From Amoebidium appalachense (taxonomy: Eukaryota > Protista > Ichthyosporea), in NCBI GenBank assembly GCA_963693365.1, contig CAVNZM010000004.1, positions 13,315,088 to 13,379,087 of the forward strand: a DNA stretch of 64,000 nt. Direction: 5' to 3'. A program made the translations under genes and the position numbers. Under the pieces are notes generated by a model, which was not told the DNA's origin, ran no database searches, and was given only the letters and a program-made list of their open reading frames with translations. Position 1 is the stretch's first letter. Each line of letters begins with the position of its first letter. Positions 60,195-64,000 of this stretch are shown piece by piece.

Positions 60195-62772
60195 ACACAC
60201 GCACACACATGCACACACTGTGACCCCCTCCTCCCCCCCCCCCCCCCCCCACCCCCCAAAACACACACACACTATCCCATTATTACGACCCCAGCACCCT
60301 CTCATCCCCCGGTACTCTTGCCCCTCCTTCCTTTCTAGATTTAGCCAACTCCCTCCCCCCTCTCAACCCCCTCCCCCCGTCCCTCCCCCCACCAAACACG
60401 AACCCACCCGCCAACCCACAGCCCTTTAGCATTTGTAAAAAGGTAACAGACTAGACAGTGTGGGGAAAGGGATCAAACAGAAATCAGAACCGTAAGGGGT
60501 TGTGTCGGCAGAGGGATAAATCCGGAAACCAACAGCACATCAAGGTATAGTCAAAGGGGAAAGGGGGGACCGAGATGGTATGGGTGTCGGGGTGTAGGGG
60601 AAGGGAAAGGCCGAAAGTGAGAATGGTGCACACGACGCACACATGTGGCTCACTGACACTCAACACACACGTAGAAACAACATGTGATGTCAGGGGGGAA
60701 GGGCATGGGGAGGGGGGCGAGTAGGGGCAGGAGGGGGAAGAAGGGGGGGAAGGGGGGGAGGGGGGGGGGGGTGGTGGGGTACGGTGGGAGGTTTGAAACC
60801 TTGCCAACCAATAGGCATGACGGGTGGGGGGACGAGTGGCGGGGAGGGGCGGGGGGAAGGGGGCAGGAAGGGAGGGGGGGGGGGGGGGGGGGGGGGGAGT
60901 AGGCAGGCGATAGAAGGTCCAAGGAGGCAATGCAAACCTTCTAAGAACATGTAAAGACAGAACAGCACATCGACATGATACATAGAATCTGAAGTAGAGA
61001 GCAACAACAGCAAGCAGAGCCCGGTTTTCAGAAAGCCCAAAGAGGTGAGGGACACGAGAGCACCAAGTGAAGGGACAAAGTGCGGAGGACGCAACTAGGG
61101 CAGCTTTGGTGTGTGTCTGTGTGTGTGTGTGTGTGTGTGTGGAAGGGGGCAAGGTGGGGGGCGAGGGGGAAGAAATGGAAGGAAGAGAGAGGAAGGCAGG
61201 GGGAAGGGGGGGTTGAATGCGGAACACGGCAGGGGGGGGAGGGGGGGGGGAGAGAGAAGGGGGGGGGGGGGGGGGAGGGGGGAACGAGCGAGGGAGAGAG
61301 GGGTGGGGGGGGGGGAGGGAGGGAGGGAGGGAGGGAGGGAGGGAGGGAGGGAGGCAGGGAGGGTGGGTGGGTGGGTGGAAGGGAGGAAGGGAGGGAGGGA
61401 AGGACGGAGGGAGGGAGGGACGGAGGGAGGGAGGGACGGAAGGAGGGAGAAAGAGAGGGAGGGAGGGGCCTCCGGAGGGGGGGGGGGGGGGGGAATCGTG
61501 GGGAATGATTTGGAGGGGTGGGGACAAGTTGGAAAAATAAAAGGAGGTTTATATGCACCTAAATCTGCACGGGGGTAATGGGGGGACGTGGTTTATGGGG
61601 GGGGGGGGGAGAAAGTGGCCCGGGGGGGGGGGGGGGGGGGGGGGGGGAGAGAAAGGGAAGGAAAGGGAATTATGGGGAATGGTATGGAGGGGGTGGGGCC
61701 GAGGGAGGGGGGGAGGGAGGGGAGGAGGAGGGGGAGAGAGAGAGAGAGAAAGACCTCCTACTTGAATTGAGGTATAGAGAGAGATAGAGAGAGAGAGAGA
61801 GGGAGAGAGAGGGGGGAGGAGGGGGGGAGGGGGGGGGGGGAGAGAGAGAGGGAGAGAGAACTTGATATTGAAAGAGGAGGGAGGCGGCAGGAGGGAGGAA
61901 TGGGGAGTTGGAGAAAGAGGCGGGAAGCCGGAGAGGCCAAAAAGGAATGACATGGAGAAAGATGAAGAAAAGTGTAAAGGCCGGCCACGGGAACGAACAA
62001 GATATTGCCGTAGGTGTTGAAGAAAGAGACAATGGAGGACGCTGAGAAGACTTACGGAAAGGGGGGAGAAAGAGGGTAGGGGGGAGCAGAGGGTGTTGAG
62101 CAGGGTTGAATGTGCTGGAGCACAACTTAAGGCATTGCGCAGGGGGGAAGGGGGTGGGGGGAAGACGGGGGCAAGGGCGGAAGGGGGATAGTAGTGAAAT
62201 AGGCCAGAGTGTCTGGGCGAGCTGGCCCCTAGCATATGTACGAAAGGAGGGACAGAAAGCAGGGGGATGGGGGGAAGTGGTGGAAAGGGGTTACAGAAAG
62301 AGGAAAACGGGGAGGGGGAGAGGAAGAGAGGAGGGGAAGAAGGGAGGAAGAGAGTTAAGTACGGTGGGAGCAAGGGATGAAGGGGGGAGGGGGGGGGGAG
62401 GGGGGAGGGGGGGGGGGGGGGGGGGATCTGGAGAGAGCGCATGGACTCGAGGGCTCCCATAATTGCTTGAGTTATAAGGGGAGAAAAGGGAAACCGAAAA
62501 GTTTAAAAACAAGCCAGGTGTGGTGGGCAGCAGGAGGCGTGTGGCATCCAGAGACGGCTATGTTGACGAATGAACAAGGAAGGGGGAGGGAGGCGAGGGG
62601 GGGAGGGGAGAGGGCCGGGGGGGAGGGGGGGGAGGGGGGGGGGGGGGGGAAGGAGGGGGGAGGGGGAGGAACGTACCACGCGCTCGTCCTCTTGTGCCTT
62701 GTGCACGTAGATCACTATCCCCACAAAAGACACTATAGAGAGCCCCAGCGTGAACTTGGCGGCCCGTGACAT
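59870..62772 (-). CDS. PET117: PET117, mitochondrial cytochrome c oxidase assembly factor, 88 aa
   Basis: Exons 62772-62677 and 60040-59870: MSRAAKFTLGLSIVSFVGIVIYVHKAQEDERV-RMRAGILRE...NRQELEEQIELRKRL follows the Pet117 pattern (TM helix, VH..Q..ER..M..G). Confidence 0.9.
61213..61229 (-). mobile_element. Minimal 3'-terminal remnant of the C-tailed LINE (subfamily B)
   Basis: 17-nt TTGAATGCGGAACACGG identical to the termini at 17459 and 30334, embedded in G runs in the PET117 intron. Confidence 0.6.
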
Positions 62773-63518
62773 CCTGCCGCTGATACCCGCAAGCTGCTTG
62801 CTACACTGAGGTTATGGGCTTTCCAAAGCTTGAACTTCAACGATGTTTGACACAACCGGGTAATCCCGGGTATCCTTGTCTGCTCACCACGCTACCTGCT
62901 CCAGCTCAACTTACAGGTCTTCTGTGTGTACCAGCAAAAACAGCATGCAGCCGCACGGCACACTGCTCAAGCTGAAACCATGCCTTGCTACAAGCCTCCC
63001 CTTGTGTTCTCCGAAGTTGATGATCTTGAAGCTTCCAAATGAAGGCGTGCTCGTGGCACACGCCCAACGGTTAAAATGTGCCCGTGAGCGGACCGCCCGC
63101 ATTCCATCAAATTAGTGCGCCAATCACAAGTGTCTTGAGTTAGCAGACTTGCATTCCAGAGGGGAGGGAGCATCAGCCACCGTGTGTCACACAAGGCCTC
63201 TGACGGGCCTGGAAACGGAGGAGTGCAGATCGGAACGCAAAAATGGAACCGGCTGGGTTGGACAAAGATTCGATCCAAGTATTCATCCAAGTTGCCAAGT
63301 ATATCGACTCAGCGCTGTGAAAGAAACATCGTTATACAAGTATACAAGTCACAAAGGTTGTATTTTCATTTTATGTACACAAATACACACACACACGCAC
63401 ACACAAACACACAGAGATTGGCCGTGGAGCTGGTGTGGTTACATACATGTGCCATCTGGGGGGTTTAGAAAAGATGTGAAGTTCAACGGTTGTTCCTAAG
63501 GCCCTATTAGCTAACGGT

Positions 63519-63566
<48 letters not shown>

Positions 63567-64000
63567 GGAGGGGAGGGGCACTGGCGCACACAGTCTCACG
63601 TGTATATACACATACTACACATACAAACAAGTATGTCCACGCTCTCACTCTGGAACTTAAAAAAGAGTCAGGGGAGAGACAACACAGCCCGTGGGATTAG
63701 CACCGTAAGTTACACAAACGCTCCGGCACCAAGTGGCAGCACCGACCACACGCTACTTTGCACGACTCTACCAAAACACTGGGGCACAAGTCACACGCCC
63801 ACTGTGACTCGCAGCACACGCGTGCACGTGCACACACACCGCTCATGACACCATGGAGCAGCCTAAAACAAAAGAACTTTTCCGTACAAGTTTTCTACGA
63901 CTATGTTGAAGAGAAGAAGCTGGCAGATGGGGAGAAGAGATGAAGAGGTGCGCACCTACAAGCACTTACACAACACCGACGACACGCAATCATCACCGTC

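Noticed and set aside
62815-63947. Possible plus-strand exons of a next gene (62917-63115, 63891-63947)
   Set aside because: Splice-like signals exist but no consistent frame or recognisable product within the window.

Overview
Eukaryotic nuclear DNA: intron-rich and saturated with poly(C)/poly(G), poly(A)/poly(T), (CA)n/(TG)n and (CT)n tracts, so most of the supplied ORF track is low-complexity noise. Manual GT/GC-AG exon chaining recovers nine protein genes: the 3' part of an unidentified Pro/Ser-rich gene, a CINP/C1orf109-family gene, VPS26C/DSCR3, an intronless DEP-domain gene, an 8-exon DUF4954-like gene head-to-head with an intronless class I SAM methyltransferase, eIF4B head-to-head with USP10, and PET117. 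The gene set and animal-like motifs suggest a unicellular holozoan relative of animals (inference only). The most striking signal is a non-LTR retrotransposon family. A decayed RT at about 24.9-25.6 kb is joined to a 3' end that recurs at least 8 more times, almost always ending in CGCATTCAAA followed by a C tract, and usually flanked by C/G tracts on both sides. One copy has a twin-priming-type inversion and two copies sit in the C run of older copies. The 3' UTR holds a ~150-nt pseudoknotted RNA with compensatory base changes between two diverged subfamilies. A second repeat family ends in poly(T), and there is a hAT-like MITE and a decayed zinc-knuckle ORF. All family assignments come from motif recognition by eye; no database search was run.
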